This document shows, piece after piece, positions 1-13,474 of a DNA stretch of 64,000 nucleotides. The translations under genes and the position numbers were made by a program. Positions within the stretch are counted from its first letter, which is position 1; the number at the start of each line of letters is the position of its first letter. Origin of the DNA: Lama glama (lineage: Eukaryota); contig CM052824.1 in assembly GCA_028534125.1 (NCBI GenBank), positions 1,922,001-1,986,000 on the forward strand, in the 5' to 3' direction. A model generated the notes under the pieces. It saw only the letters and a list, made by a program, of their open reading frames with translations. It was not told where the DNA came from and did no database searches.

Positions 1-3000
1 AGGAACAGCAGGAGGCAGAGCCTGAGCAAGAACAGACGTGTGTTTCATCTCTGTTGGTGAGAGAAGGGTCCACAAAAGTGCATCCAGCAAGGAGATGCTA
101 ACGGCTTAGTAGAACCTCACAACTCAGGCAACTCCTTACCACCTGGACATTAACGGCTGCAATTAGTTAACCACCTTGGTCTGAGCCTCAGAAAATCTGC
201 CAAGTGCTGTCCTGCCCCACAGAAGCTATTTTGCTGCCAAAGAAGAAAAGGCCATTTCTTGCTACTGAATTCACAGGGGGAAGCAATTCTTTCTAATAGA
301 TCTGGAATCTGAACTTTCATAAAAGGCACCTTATCTCCCGACTTTCTCATATGTCTTCATCTGTTCCATTGACTCCCTTTGATGGAATGTACCAGCAGGC
401 GCTGCAAAGTGCTTTTTAATACTTTAGTAAACAGTCGAGAGAGGAACCTCATTACAGACAAAGTGAGAAGTGAAGTTGGACAGCCCATTTATCTTACTCA
501 AGATGAAATAAGGGCTATTGTTCAATTAGGCTAAAATAAAATCTCTCATGTTTCTTTCCTAATGTCTTGTCTGGGGGCAGCCATGTGGGGGCGGGGGAAG
601 TGAGTGGCAGGATGAGTGAGCTTCTGAAATATTGCCCAAGAATGTGACAACAGGAAAATATCCTCTTTTGAGGAGGGGCGATGGGCGTTGGAGGGAGGGG
701 AGCGGACCTCGGCAGCTGCTCCTACAGAAGTTGCTTTGCTTTGGTTTCTGCTGGCATGTCCAATTAGGAAGCTGGGGCTTGGGATGTTTAGGGGTCCATG
801 GGGGAGGGCCAGCTCAAGTCCTCCTTCAGTGCTGGCCACGGAACTTCAATTAGCATTCCTCAGGACAGAAGAGGGAGGAGGTGGGGCAGGTGGCAGAGGG
901 CTACTGCTGGGGCCTTAGGAAGGAGGAATCGAGTGTCTGTTTGATCCTAACCTAAAATGTATGAAGACCGTACATCTGTTCTCCTTTAGCCATTAATCAC
1001 AGCAATTTTTTTTGGTTGATTTTTAGTGGGGATGGAGGAGGAAAAGGGTCGTGGTGCAGGCATTGGAGAAAGGATGGATGGTGGCAGAGGAGGAGAGAAA
1101 TAAAGCTTGTCTTGGCCACAGCTTGCACCTGACTCTTTCTCAGCTCCTCTGCTGGTTAAGAGAATGTTTTAGTTATTTTTTCCCCTCAGATACATATTTA
1201 TTCTCAAAAACATGGAGGGAAAAATCCCATTTTTGCTTCCAGACTGTTAATCTGGCAGAAGATTAAAATCTTTGCTCTGAGATCCCTCTCCCCACATCCC
1301 ACAACCCCTGCCCCTAACTTTTTCTGCTTTGCTTGAATCAGATCAAATGTAGNNNNNNNNNNNNNNNNNNNNNNNNNNNNNNNNNNNNNNNNNNNNNNNN
1401 NNNNNNNNNNNNNNNNNNNNNNNNNNNNNNNNNNNNNNNNNNNNNNNNNNNNNNNNNNNNNNNNNNNNNNNNNNNNNNNNNNNNNNNNNNNNNNNNNNNN
1501 NNNNNNNNNNNNNNNNNNNNNNNNNNNNNNNNNNNNNNNNNNNNNNNNNNNNNNNNNNNNNNNNNNNNNNNNNGCCCAGGTTCTGGCTCATTCATTGGAT
1601 GTTTCAGAACTTCCAGGGACAAACATCCCTCCTGCCCTCAGTGCTGATCTCATTTTAACACGATGTCCAGCATCATAAGTACTGGTGTTCGGTCAGCAGG
1701 CCCTGGGTCCTATCCACAGTGTCCATGGAGGCACTTGGTCCTCGCCAAAAGGTCCTGGATATTTGGTCCTGTCCGAAACCATTTGGCACAGACCACATGC
1801 TCATGGATAGTTTAGAAAGGACCAAATTTCCTGCAAGGCTTGTACTTTGTACTATGACCCCAATGTCTTTATAAAAGTTTATCTAGATAAAAATATGAAC
1901 CATTCACCTGTTTCTTCAAAATTTTCTTGTTAGCCTTAGAGAATCATGCAGGAAAGTACTGCAAATAGTATTTTATTCAATTCCTGATTAGGTTCTTAAG
2001 CTAAGAGAATTTCACCTCCTCAAGCCTTCCTCCCCTCAAAGGATAACCAAGCACCCATGGTTGGGAGGCCAGCAACGTCCCTGTCAGCTGGCCCACAGGG
2101 CAGTGAAAACCGAAGCAACTATCACTGCATCACACCTAAATCCAGAAGCTCCGGAACTATATCCCAAAGCTGCCTCTCTCAAGCCCCCAGGAAGGGGAAA
2201 ATGCTTCAGAAATCACTTAGGATACTTTACTCATCATATATAACAGAGCAGGATGAAAAATCTGGATTCGGTTTATGGAATGGTAAAGAAATAGCATCTC
2301 GTTGTCAGGGTAGATTAGAGATTAATTTACCAGGAACACACCATAAAGTCACACTAAGAGGCTACTGTGAGGTTCTTCAATAGAGTGATCAGCTACTGAA
2401 GGGAAAATTCAACTACTCGAATGTTTGTTGGGGTGGGTAGACCAGGGCGAAAACCAGGCAAGATTCAGAGAGTGGAGCCAAGTGGCCAGCTCCCAGTGCC
2501 TCCTAAAAATCACGTTTAAATTTCAGAAAATTTGACAGTCCTGGGGGAGGTGATTAGAGCAGCAGCCGCTATAACCGCCACCATACGTGTGACTCTTAGC
2601 CTCACCTGTGAACTGTGAGCTGCTTGAGAGTAGAAATCCTGTATCTCTCATTTATTTAGTAGATGCACAGAACGTCATAAATGTGGCTGAACCGGCTTGA
2701 ACTCAGTGAACAGCTTGACACCTCCCACTACTGTAGACTCTAGTACAGCATGTTCGACTTTTCTAGAAAGTCCAGGAGGAAAACCTCATAAAGTGGAAGG
2801 CTGAAAACCACCCTGCAAGAAGAAGCGTATTTTCCCATAAATAGTTCTGTCTCTGCAGAGGGGCGTGTGGGCTGTGCTGGGAGCGGGAGTTACTCAGGTT
2901 TTTCCAGTTCATAACTTGTTTGACCATCATTCATCAGTAAGACCATCCAAGTCCAAAGTCAGGTTCTGCGTTTAGAAGCTTACCCTTAAGTTACCCAGTT

Positions 3001-3729
3001 AGTTTTCCAGATGACTGTCAACCAAGGAGGAGATGCCCTGCTCAGGACTTTCTTTTTCAAGGGGAGAAAAGGTAAAGCTGAAGTCATTTTTCACAAGCTC
3101 TTTATTCAAGAGGATTAGAAGTCCTTTCAGAAAACAAAGTGAAAATAAATCACAGTAGTAATGGAAAACAGAAAACCAAGGAATTAAGTGAGTAACTGTG
3201 AGGGAGTTTCGTAAAGCCAAGACGTGGATCAGAAAGCTCTAATGCTTTAGTGGCCAAGTTCATGTGTTGAATTAGACTTCAGGCCACCTCGTAGGACCTC
3301 AGGATGGTGGCACCAACCCATGGAATGACACCCATTGGAGAAAAAGTGACTTTCCATGGGACCTTTGCATTATCTTTAAGGGAATCAATTTCTAGATCCT
3401 CAATTTCCAACTGTGTCCTTTCCTAAAACTGACCTGCCCAGTCTGTGTTCTGCTGATTCTTCCTACCTCTCTTTCAAATACTTTTCTTTAAATGAAGGAC
3501 AAACCTCCCACCCATCCTAAATCTTATGAACATGCATTGTGTCAGGGCACCAAACAAGGGGACAATTCCAGGATGCCTTGCTCTTGAGGGAAATCCTATG
3601 AGCGCCAGCAGGAAATACTGAAGGGAGACAAACTCTGGGTTGAGACAAACTCACAGCAAGGCTCTGAGGGCTTGCTTATCTATTCATCCATCCATCACCT
3701 TCTAGTTAGAATCCAAGAGTGAGATGGTT

Positions 3730-3990
3730 GTCACAGGACTGGGCATTAAATGCTTATTTGAATGGAAAAATGAAGTAAGACTTTTTCTGACAGAAAGCAA
3801 TTCTGATCAGGATGATAGATTTGATGATGAGAACTGGGTTTGCCAACTTATGTGTGGATGTTGTTCACAAATTGAATGAACTAAGTCTTCAAGATTTTGA
3901 CAAAAATATATTCAGAACCCATAGGCATCAAAAGAATACATTGGAAATTAAACATATGATGAACATTTTTTTTGGACATCAGCTTAAAAT
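3730..3990 (+). mobile_element. Degenerate hAT (Charlie/Buster-type) transposase fragment
   Basis: The frameshifted translation LFLTES...FDDENWVCQL / VDVVHKLNELSLQDFDKNIF resembles the hAT motif W..xLAYLxDIFxxLNxLNxxLQG. Confidence 0.6.
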
Positions 3991-6274
3991 TATCTAGGGT
4001 GCACATAGGGTTGTTTCAGAAAATTGTAAGGGAATATGCAAGAAAATTTGAAGGCAACTGACTCTTGGGATTCAGGAGGGACCAGGCTAGGCTGGAGCCA
4101 TCTGAGGAGGTTTGTTGGAGTGGGACTGGGCTGGGTGTTACAGCATGCTCAAATGGCTCAAAGCGGAAAAGCAGGGAAAGGATACCTGGCCATTTGTTCA
4201 GTGTTGACAGCGTGTGCAAGGACTTCGAGGTTGTACCAGATGTGTCCAGTGGTGGGCTGGCGATGTGACCAGCCTCCACTTCAGGACAGGAACAGACAGG
4301 ATGACAGGGACAACACCTTTGGCCACCTATCTTAGCCTGAAAAGATTCAGTATCTTTCTTGTTGGGGAGTAGAAGGAAGGTAGACTGGACAAGTGAGTAG
4401 GAAATAAGGTAGGATGGAAAAGGCTTTGGAAGTCCCATGAAGGAATCTGGATTTTAAGCCACGTGAACAAAGAAGGAGTTAATCAAGGTTAATCTCTCAC
4501 CTTTTCTAAGCAGGGGTTAGAATGTTTTTTTCCACTCTTCTGAACTCTTATAAAATCATTTCGATTCTCCTGTTGTAGGATGTCTCCCTTGCCATGGCAA
4601 TGACTTGTTCACACGTTGGTCTCCCCCGTTATCAGTCTGCGAAATTTTCAATAACATGGATTCTATCTTATGTGTCTTTGTAACCCCGGTGTTCAGCGCA
4701 TCTTTCTTCCTGTGATAGGCTCTTAATAAACTGTTTTTTAAATAAATGAAATAATGAAATAGACATCCAAGAGGAAAGTGCAGAGGGATGAAATAGCAGA
4801 GGAGGGCTGATACCGCCACGCAATCCTATGTACCGGGGGCTGGGCTTGTCTCCCGGGGTCCCCCTACCTGGAGGTAAACGCTTTCTCCTCTGACCAGCTA
4901 GTGTGCTCTGTCCACACGTTTGCATTTTTGACCTGACGTATGATCACTTATTTGTCACTGATTCCCACTGCAATTGTTGCGTGAAGTCTCATGTATATAA
5001 TTCACGTGTAGGTGACATGCGGTAGTTAAAAAGCAACACTTGAAGGAAACAACTAAGTTTAAAACCTGTTTTTCTTTTAACCAGTGGGGCACTGCAGCTG
5101 ATGGGGATGATCTGAAAGCACAATTCTAGACATTTAAGTTTTTTTCTTGTATTTAGTACTTAAATTATCTTCACCGAAGAGTCTGTACTATCTACGAAAT
5201 CCTTCATCACCACACCACTGGCTGCGCACTCGGTACCCATTCCTCGCTTCCTTCCTTCCTGTCAGAACCCTGATCTTCTTTTCAGGTATCTACTCTTCCC
5301 CTGTATTACTTAGCAGGTTGCATCCTCAGCTCCTAGAATTATCCTATTAGATCCTAAGCTAATTATAATAATCCCATTCCACTCACTGATGCTTGGTTTA
5401 TTGATGACCAGAGAAAGCTGAAACAGAAGCGTCCTTGTAGAATGGGACTTACTGCAGAAAGGACTGAATCTCTTTAGCCTAAATGCAATTTTAAGGAAAG
5501 GAAGAAGATCCTTCTTTAGGGTACTGGCCAGACATTAGGTAAAAGCAGAGATCTTTTTTTTAAGCCAGTGAGGTCAGCTAGGATCTTAATTTATTGCTCA
5601 TGCTTTGCTTAGACAAGATAATGCACTTAGCACTGCTTGGTTGGTCTCAAATGCTTGGCTGGCTCTCAAAGAGCATTTGATTTGGGGAAAAGAGAGAACA
5701 GGGCGTTCCCAGCCAGCCTTATCAGGGCCAGACAGTGCTCAGAACTGCAGCCTCAATTGTGTGTGTGCCCTTTTGTGAAACCTTTAAAAGGCTGGATCTG
5801 CTTACAGAGCCATTAACTACGGGCTCCCTAAAGTCCCCTTACAGGGATGGCTAGCCAGCCTCTCCTAAGTGCACACCCGTCATTAAGCAGGAGACTTTCA
5901 TTCTTAACCATTTCTGCCCCAAGACATTCTTAAGAGATGCAGGGAGAGTTAACAAAAACGTAAGGGAATAAAAAGTTCTTTTAATTTTGTTAACATGTCA
6001 TGAACTGACCCTGAAATGGGATGGTCAGAGGAGGAAATTCATAGGAAGCAGACATTTTCATCCATTTATTCACTCATGAACTTAGACTTTCTCAACCAGG
6101 GTTCCTCTTTTGAACCACCACACACAAAAAGTGATTTGAGTGAGTGATGGTTTTCTCAAACATTTTCTCATTGCAAGAATGGTACAGTGCTAGTGCCATC
6201 TCTGAGGCATGGGAGAGAACTTAACTCATACCATGGATGGTGGGACATTAGGACCTAATTCTCTCGTGGAACTG

Positions 6275-6410
6275 TAATTCATCTATTCAAGATATTTATT
6301 GTGTGCCTCCTATGAGCCAGGTACCACTCTTACAGGTACTGGATATACAGTAGTGAACAAAACAACATTCCTGCCCTCATGGAGCTTCCATTCTAATGGA
6401 GGATTTAGAT
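6275..6410 (-). mobile_element. L2 3'-end fragment
   Basis: Typical 'attcaagatatttattgtgtgcctcctatgagccagg...ctgccctcatggagcttccattcta' pattern. Confidence 0.7.
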
Positions 6411-7974
6411 TCAGGATAGATGTGAATATAGATCTGTCATGTATATGCTGTGTACCTGGGTCTTCAAAAAAAGACGGAATCTGAGTAGTAGATAGGAAGG
6501 GGAGGTCATTTTACATGGCCAGGGAAGGCCATGCCATATGGAAATGGATTCTGAGATCTCATCCCCCAGGAGAAAGGGCTAAAAGGGCAGGCTGTTCCCA
6601 GCTCTGACCCCCTGAAGCTCATAATCCCTAAGCACATGCCTTTTTGTCCTCAGGACCATGGTCAGGCTGCACTTCTAAGGGGCAGATGATCTTGGCGTCA
6701 GGGGTCACTTAGGATCAGTCTCTGCATAACCAGACATATGCAATTTTTTGGCTATCTCACTAATAGCTTGACTTCTTAATTTAAGTTCCTCCAAAAGCAT
6801 GGCTCAGGTCAAGCATTTATAGAGAAACGTAGTTATATGGAAAGTGATTCCAAATAATTCCCTAAGGGAAGAGGGAGAGTGCACTGGGAGAAGGAAGAAG
6901 TCAATGAGGTACACGTCACTGAGGTCACTGGTCTGGGCAACAGGAGCTTGACTTTGCTGGGACCAACTGAAGCCTACAGAATGGCTTCCAGAAATGTCCA
7001 GCCATCCAATAGGAGACTAGGACATCTGATTAAGAGTTGTCCCTGGGGACGTAAACTATTCCTTCTTTCCGGAGAAACTGTATGCGAACTGAGTGGACTC
7101 CTGTGGTTTCAGAGAAAGCCTTGAGATGGAAGAAAAGAGAAAGCCAGGGATACACCTGAGGCGAGACTGCCCACCACAGCTGCAGCTGTGACTTGGATGA
7201 TGTAATGCTATGGGGACACGTTTCTGTCACTTGCAGCCTTGAGCTCTGGCTAATCTAATAGCTTAAGATGAGTCAAGGGACTCCATGGTTTTAGTCTTGG
7301 CACTGTGCAGCCTCAGGCAGGACCTTTCACATCTCTGGGCTTCAGCTTCCTCCTCTGATGGAACAGGGAGGTAGATGGCACAAGTTCTGAGGAGCCCCCT
7401 AATGAATATACTATGACTTGAACCCAACTTGCTATTTACCATGATTATACTGATTATGAATTTCAGCATCAGTCACCTTGCTATCCACTATTTCCCCTTT
7501 TAAATAGCTCCTTGAAGGCCAAACAGGTGGTAAGGATGAGACTGGGATTTATATGCAGGGCCATCTGACTATATCAGACAACCTTGACTCCACTTTAGAA
7601 CACAGAACTCAAGTTACATTTTCCATTTTCTTTAATCCATTCATTCACTGGATACAATTTTATTGCACACTCACCATGTGTCAGGCACCACACTAGACTC
7701 TGGTATACAGCAGCAAACAAAAAGCCAAAGTCTCGGTCCCTTTGGAGTTTACCTTCCAGTGGGGAGGGACGTTTGGGATGAAGGCTGGTTGCCAGCAGGG
7801 TCTTTGCTGATGACCTGCATTGGTGCAGTAGATGTCTGCACACCAACTTCCATAGCTTTTTTCTCTTTCCGCAGGTGAAGAACCTTCCCCAAAGTTGAAG
7901 AACTTTCCCTTCCTTCCTGCCCCTACCTTCTGTTTCTAGCTGGAGCCTTGTATGGCTGGAACAAGCTCTCTCAT

Positions 7975-8943
7975 TCCACATGCCCTTCTTATAATGTGAC
8001 TTTGAGACTCCCCTCGCTCCTCTCATCAAGAGGTGGAGACTATGCTCCCTCCGAATCTGAGTGGGTTATGACATTGGAAAAAAATGATGTTATTTGACTT
8101 CTGAGGCTAAGTCATAAAAGCTGATGTGGCGAGTAGGGACTCTGACAGATGTTTGCACACCCATGTTCATACCAGCACTGTTCACAATAGCTAAGAGGTG
8201 GGAGCAACCCAAGTGTCCATCAGCTAACGAATGGATAAACAGATGCGGTACATCTGTACAATGGAATATGATTCAGCCTTTAAAGAGAAAGAAGTTCTGA
8301 TCCCTGTACCACATGGATGAATCTTGAGGATACTGTGCTCACTGAAATAAGCCGCTCACAGAAGGACAAGTCTTCATTATTCCACTTACTCAAAGTACCC
8401 AGAGTATTCAGACTCCTAGGGACAGAAGGTAGAATGGTGATTGCCTGGGGCTGGAGGGAGGAGAAAATGGGGCGTTCTTAAATGAGTATAGAATTTCAGT
8501 TATGCAAGATGAAAATGTTCCGGAGATTGGTTGCACAACAACGCGACTCTGCTTAGCACTTCTGACTGTACACTCAAACATGGTTAAGATAAAGTTTTAA
8601 TTTTTTTAACCACAATTAAAAAGAAAAGGTGATGCAGCCTCCGCCTTGCTTGCTGGAAAACTTGTACTAGCGTCCTGAGCCACCATGGAAGGGGTCCAGC
8701 TACCCTGAGGCCGCCATGCTGTGGGAAAGCCCAGCCTTGCCTGTGTAGAGATACCACATGCAGTGGCCCCAGCTATTCCAGCCAGCCACCATCTGACTGT
8801 AACCGTGTGAGAGACCTTGGACCAGAACTGTCCAGCCAGGCTTTCCCAAATTCCTGACCCACAGGAACCTTGAGAGAAAATAAAATAATTGTTCTTTTAA
8901 GCCATTAAATTTTGGCATAATTTGTTATATGGCAATAGCTAAC
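7975..8943 (+). mobile_element. MaLR solo LTR (MLT1 family) interrupted by an L1
   Basis: MLT1 hallmarks 'gacttctgaggctaagtcataaaag' and 'ccctgaggccgccatgctgt', with 3' end 'ttttaagccattaaattttgg...gttatatggcaatagctaac'. Confidence 0.75.
8131..8623 (+). mobile_element. 5'-truncated L1 (L1MB-like 3' end)
   Basis: 'cccatgttcata...caacccaagtgtccatc...gaatggataaac...atggatgaatcttgagga', ending in an A-rich tail and flanked by a decayed 15-bp duplication. Confidence 0.85.
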
Positions 8944-9109
8944 TTCTTGCCTCAATCTCTCAAGCCGACCACAGGCAGAAAGGGGGTAAGTAGCTCTAGC
9001 CACCGCTGTGCGATGGCTGATGGCCTGGCCATGCAGGTTCAAAGCCCCCGGGAGAGAGGCCCCTGTGTTCACTGTAGCGGCTACAGCCCCACCCCCAGCA
9101 GAGTGCTTG

Positions 9110-9440
9110 GTATGTTTCATCTTATAAATATTTATGAAGGACCTTCTCTATGCTAGGGACGATGCCAGAGCTAAACAATGTCTACGGTGTGCCCCTTGCT
9201 CTTAAGGAGTGTAACCTAGTGGAAGAGACAAACATGAAATGAATAAATTGTGGTAAGTTCAGTGAAGGAAAATAGCCAGGTGCATTTAGTAAGAATTAAC
9301 AGAGGCTCTCATTTTGACTGGAGGAGAGCCAGAGCAGGGGTCTCTGAGAAAGCAACGGCTAAGCTGAGACTGGGAGGATGAGAAGGCATTAGCTTTCCAT
9401 TGGAAAAACACAGGCAAGAGTAATTCAGGCACGGGAGACA
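9110..9440 (-). mobile_element. L2 fragment
   Basis: 'aatatttatgaaggaccttctctatgctagg...cttaaggagtgtaacctagtggaagagac' L2 tail pattern. Confidence 0.55.
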
Positions 9441-11439
9441 GCACCTGTGAAGACCTTGAAGCCCCAGCGAACGTGCTGTGTGTACCTGCGTGTTTGCCCG
9501 GGCTTGCTCGGAGCTGTAGGTGTGGTCCAGGTCTGCTCCACCAGCCTCTCATGCTGTTTGAACCAGGCTCTCCTCCTACTGCCTGGCAGAAGCCCAGCTG
9601 TGCAAACACATCGCAAGCCTCTGCTTCTGCTGCACCTGCTAGCATCCCGCTGGACAAAGCAGGTCGCAGGGCCAAGCCCGGCATCAGCGGGATGGAGGAA
9701 TACACTCCTCCCGTGGAGGCGAGGGAACGGGGTGCACCCACTTCTGGGGACGGTCCTCCACATCTGTCAAATGCCCTGTATCCTCCGCTATTACGAGCAG
9801 TGCCAGGGCTCTCTTCTTTTATCTGTGCCAGCACCTTTATGGATGGTACTGACACCAACGAGACTGTTCTTCCTGACTCATTCAGCTGCGCTGTGCCCCC
9901 TCGCCTGGCCCCTCCCATCACCCAAGGTGGCTCATGCCAATGACTTGCTTGGTTCTCCGTCCTCATCAGTCTGCCCCATTCCACAGCACTTGGCAGCCTG
10001 TGCCAGCTGTATCCGGCTATGACAAGAAAATCTGATGAAAATGTAGGGGGCTGGCAAAAATCATTTCATGGAGATAAATTAAAATAAAATTGCCTCGGCT
10101 GATTAAAACGCTGAAGAAGAATTGAATTGGAACAGGATAATAAAACTCACTTATCTTATGGAGACGCCATGAAAATTAGCTAGTCAGTATTCATGGTTCG
10201 AACACAAAAGAAAAATTGTTATTGATTTACACAGAACGTCTCTGTTGTGTCTTCCAAAAGCCTCCTCAGCTAATATATGAGGACGGCAAACCCAAATGTT
10301 AGGTTTAGGATTCATCCATCTTGACTTTACTTGTTTAATTTCGTTTTTTGCCAATCAAAGAATAACTCAGCAGTGGCAGAGACAAAATCCTTCCCTGGGC
10401 AGCAGGGAGGAGGGAAGTAGTGCAAGCTAGCTTTGGACTGAGACCTTTCAAAGAACTGCCGAGTAGATCGTAGATCAGCATTGCATTCAGAAAGCATGGT
10501 TCATTAGATCTTTGATGGAACATTTCAAGGGGCGTCTGTTTTCCCTCCTCTGTCTCACCCTCACACCCCCACCATCACCATTAGAGTCCATTTCAGGATA
10601 AATTACAGCCTGTCCTCCAGCCTGATGATTCCAGGCCGGCTTGGCTTGTCTGCCTTCTCCCTCCCGCCAGCCTGCGTGCCTCCATCTCTCGGCTGCTGAG
10701 CTCTGACCTCTGACCCCTGAGCGCACAGGAGCAGAAGCAAAGAGGAGGGACTCAAGCCAGTATCTATGCCTCTTGGTGGTGGTGCTGATAAGAGACTTGC
10801 CGGAAAGGAGGCTGGAGTCTGGACTCCTGTTAGCAGAGGGCCGGTCGCACTATGTCACCGTGCAGGGAAGAGGCCTCCTTGCCCACGAGCCTGCCTTAGC
10901 AGTGTCCCCTGGGAAGGGCTGCCCAGCGGATTTGGGTGTTTTTCAGAGTCAGATGATATCATGCTGTAATGATAATGGTCATAATTATAAGAGGACACAT
11001 CCAGGAAGCAGGTGCCAGGCACCGTGCCCAGATCTTGGAGAAATGTTCTCTGATTCCCACCACAGCCCTAGAGATCAGAATTGCCACGGTGAGTATTTTA
11101 CACAGCAGTAACTAACGCACCCACAGTCACGGCTAGGAGCAGCAGCAGACACTGTGGTAAGAAGAACAGCCTATTCTCCATCATTTCTTGGGGCTGCCGC
11201 CCAGACCCCTGCTCTCCCCGGGGCACAGAAGCTCATGTGTTTGTCCCGATCAAGCTCTTTCCCACCTTTGAGGCAGGTTCCCCCCCAGGGCTCCCATCCA
11301 GCCACTCCCCACCTGCTTGCTTGTGCAGTGTCCCTGCTCGTGTCACAGCAGAGCCAGCACTCAGCCTTGGGTCCTCTCCCGACCGTCAGACAGCAAATAA
11401 AGGCCCACTGGGCTAATACAGCACACTGGTCAGCCACAC

Positions 11440-11655
11440 CCATTTTTGGATCCAGACTGTCTGGACTCTGTTCCTGTTTCTGTTGCTTATTCTCTCTGTG
11501 ACCTTGGAAAGTCACTTAGCTTCTCTGTGCCTCAGTTTCTGGAGGCTAATAATCATGCCTACTGTCTGCGGACGCTGTGAAGGTCAGGTGAGACAATGCA
11601 TGTGGAGCAGTGTCAAACACTTGGTACGTGCTCCGTAAATACTAGCTATTATTAT
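11440..11655 (+). mobile_element. MIR SINE
   Basis: Core 'tgtgaccttggaaagtcacttagcttctctgtgcctcagtttc' and tail 'taaatactagctattatt'. Confidence 0.85.
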
Positions 11656-12254
11656 TTCCTACTGCATACTTGTCACTGTCCTGGGACCAAAAGGGCGTGA
11701 AAAAGCCTGCGATCAGAGGAATTTAGGGGTCTTCAGCAATGCTGCATTGTTCTGGGCTGCTCCAACTATTAATCCTGTTTCAGGTATGTTTTATTTAGGC
11801 CAAAGGGATTTGGGTGTACTAACTTGGGACCCTCATCACCATTTAACATATAAATGTGCTTTGGGTTTCAAGTAACTGACTTTCAAAGACCTTTTGGAAA
11901 GCCCAGTTAGTGGGGCGAGCTGAGTAGTCTGGGGACAGAATAGGAGAGACACTTACTTCTCCACTAATGATGAGACTAGCAGGGGGCCCTGCTCACCCCG
12001 AGAGGGGCTTTCTCTGTCCTGGAGGCACCAGAATGGTGGGCACTACGTGAGGTTAAGGAACAAGAGAAAAGAGAAAGAATTGCCTGGAATAGCACCCAGC
12101 GGGCAGGAACCACCAAGCTGTGCTTGAGTAGTTAGTTGGTCCAGCTGCATTTGAGAAGCTGCATTCTGTCTTGGCTACAGAAAGACTAAGCCTCTGTTCC
12201 CATCCATTTTAAATATTGGTTAGGCCAAGTGATGTAATAGTTCACTGCGGGAAC

Positions 12255-12490
12255 ACTCAGTGTGGAAATCGAGAGCAAGGCTCTTAGAATTAGGGAACCC
12301 CGGGTCAAAGACCAGGCTGCGCCACTCCATCAGCTGTGTGGTTTTAGAGACTTCATTTCCCCTTTTGTGAAATGGAGATAAGACTGGTACCCACTGCACA
12401 GGTTTTTAGAATGAGATGTGGGTGCAAATCATTTTCAGCACAGTGCCTGGCGTGCAGGAAGCACTTAAATCATCGCAGCTATTATTTTTC
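12255..12490 (+). mobile_element. MIR SINE
   Basis: 'ctgtgtggtt...tgtgaaatggagataa...cacagtgcctggc...gcagctattatt'. Confidence 0.75.
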
Positions 12491-13044
12491 CATCTTTTGG
12501 TAAAGTTGCAACATCTCTGCAGATAGGTCTTTTAGGAGAGAGGAAGCTGGGAAAGGAATAGGGAAGACCAGCGAAGCGACGCTGCCCCCGCCTGCCTGTG
12601 ACTGCGGGTCTTGTGATCAGTGGGGCGGAGCTGCCCCAGTGAAGCATGTGACCACGAGTGGGCGGGGCATCTCTTCCCCGCAGCCAGCTGGGTTTCTCAG
12701 GTAGACACATGGCTGCGAAGAGCTGAACAAGTTTCTGAGTCAGTACCAATATTTGTCCATTACCAAACTAAGGGAAATTTTTTTCCATTTTTGAACTGAA
12801 ATGCATGCGCCAATGATGGATATATGTCCTCCGTTTTAGGGAAGTACAGATATGACCCGTGGTTCCTTCAGCTCTGAAGCACTGAGCAGACACCTGAGCT
12901 GTGCGTTCAGCAAACTCTGAAGTGTAGCGTTGTCATGAGAGTAAAGGAGTCCTGTCCTAACAAAACAAGACACCGAGTTAATCCAATGAATTAAGTAAAT
13001 TTTCTTTGGGGGGGGGGAATAATTAGGTTTATTCATTTATAATC

Positions 13045-13474
13045 TTTTTTTTTTTTAGTAAAGATAGATTTATTTAGAGAGATACATGCTACATAGAATG
13101 TAAGCTATTTCAAAAGGCAAGAGAAAGGCCACAAGGTGTGAGGGGTGGGCGCTCGGGTTCAAGAAGAAGTAGGTACATACTCCACAGACAGAGCGTGGGC
13201 ATCTCCGAAGACAGGGGAGTGAGAGAGGCAGCCAGTTTCTATGGGCTGGGCAGCTCCATATGCTAACAAGTGGGAGGACCATTCCAACCACCCTGGGAAA
13301 GGGGCTGGGATTCCCAGGAACTGGGCCACCGCCCACTCTCTGACCTTTTGTGGTTAGCCTCGGATTATTATTTTTATTTTTTAATGGAGGTGCTGGGGAT
13401 TGAACCTGCAACCTCGTGCGTGCTAAGTACGCACTCTACTACTGTGTTATAACTGCCCCGCCCACCCCATCCCC
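13045..13474 (-). mobile_element. Chimeric retroposon: tRNA-Ala-like SINE head (camelid Vic-1-like) + ERV LTR-like body + AATAAA + poly(A)
   Basis: Minus-strand head with Pol III boxes (cagtagtagag...ggttcaatccc) at about 13385-13459, an A-rich linker, a 300-bp LTR-like body, AATAAA at 13069-13074 and A12 at 13045-13056. Confidence 0.65.

Noticed and set aside
1333-1820. ORFs spanning the first N-gap and a coding-looking stretch after it
   Set aside because: ORF lengths are artefacts of N runs, as at the other gaps. The translations I checked for 1574-1820 resemble nothing I recognise.
9286-10022. Cluster of 112-232 aa ORFs on both strands
   Set aside because: There is no recognisable homology, the 232-aa ORF runs into an L2 fragment, and several frames are open at once in a locally GC-rich patch.
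13385-13459. Possible tRNA-Ala gene
   Set aside because: The stems are degenerate and an A-rich linker follows instead of a T-run terminator, so this is a SINE head rather than a functional tRNA.
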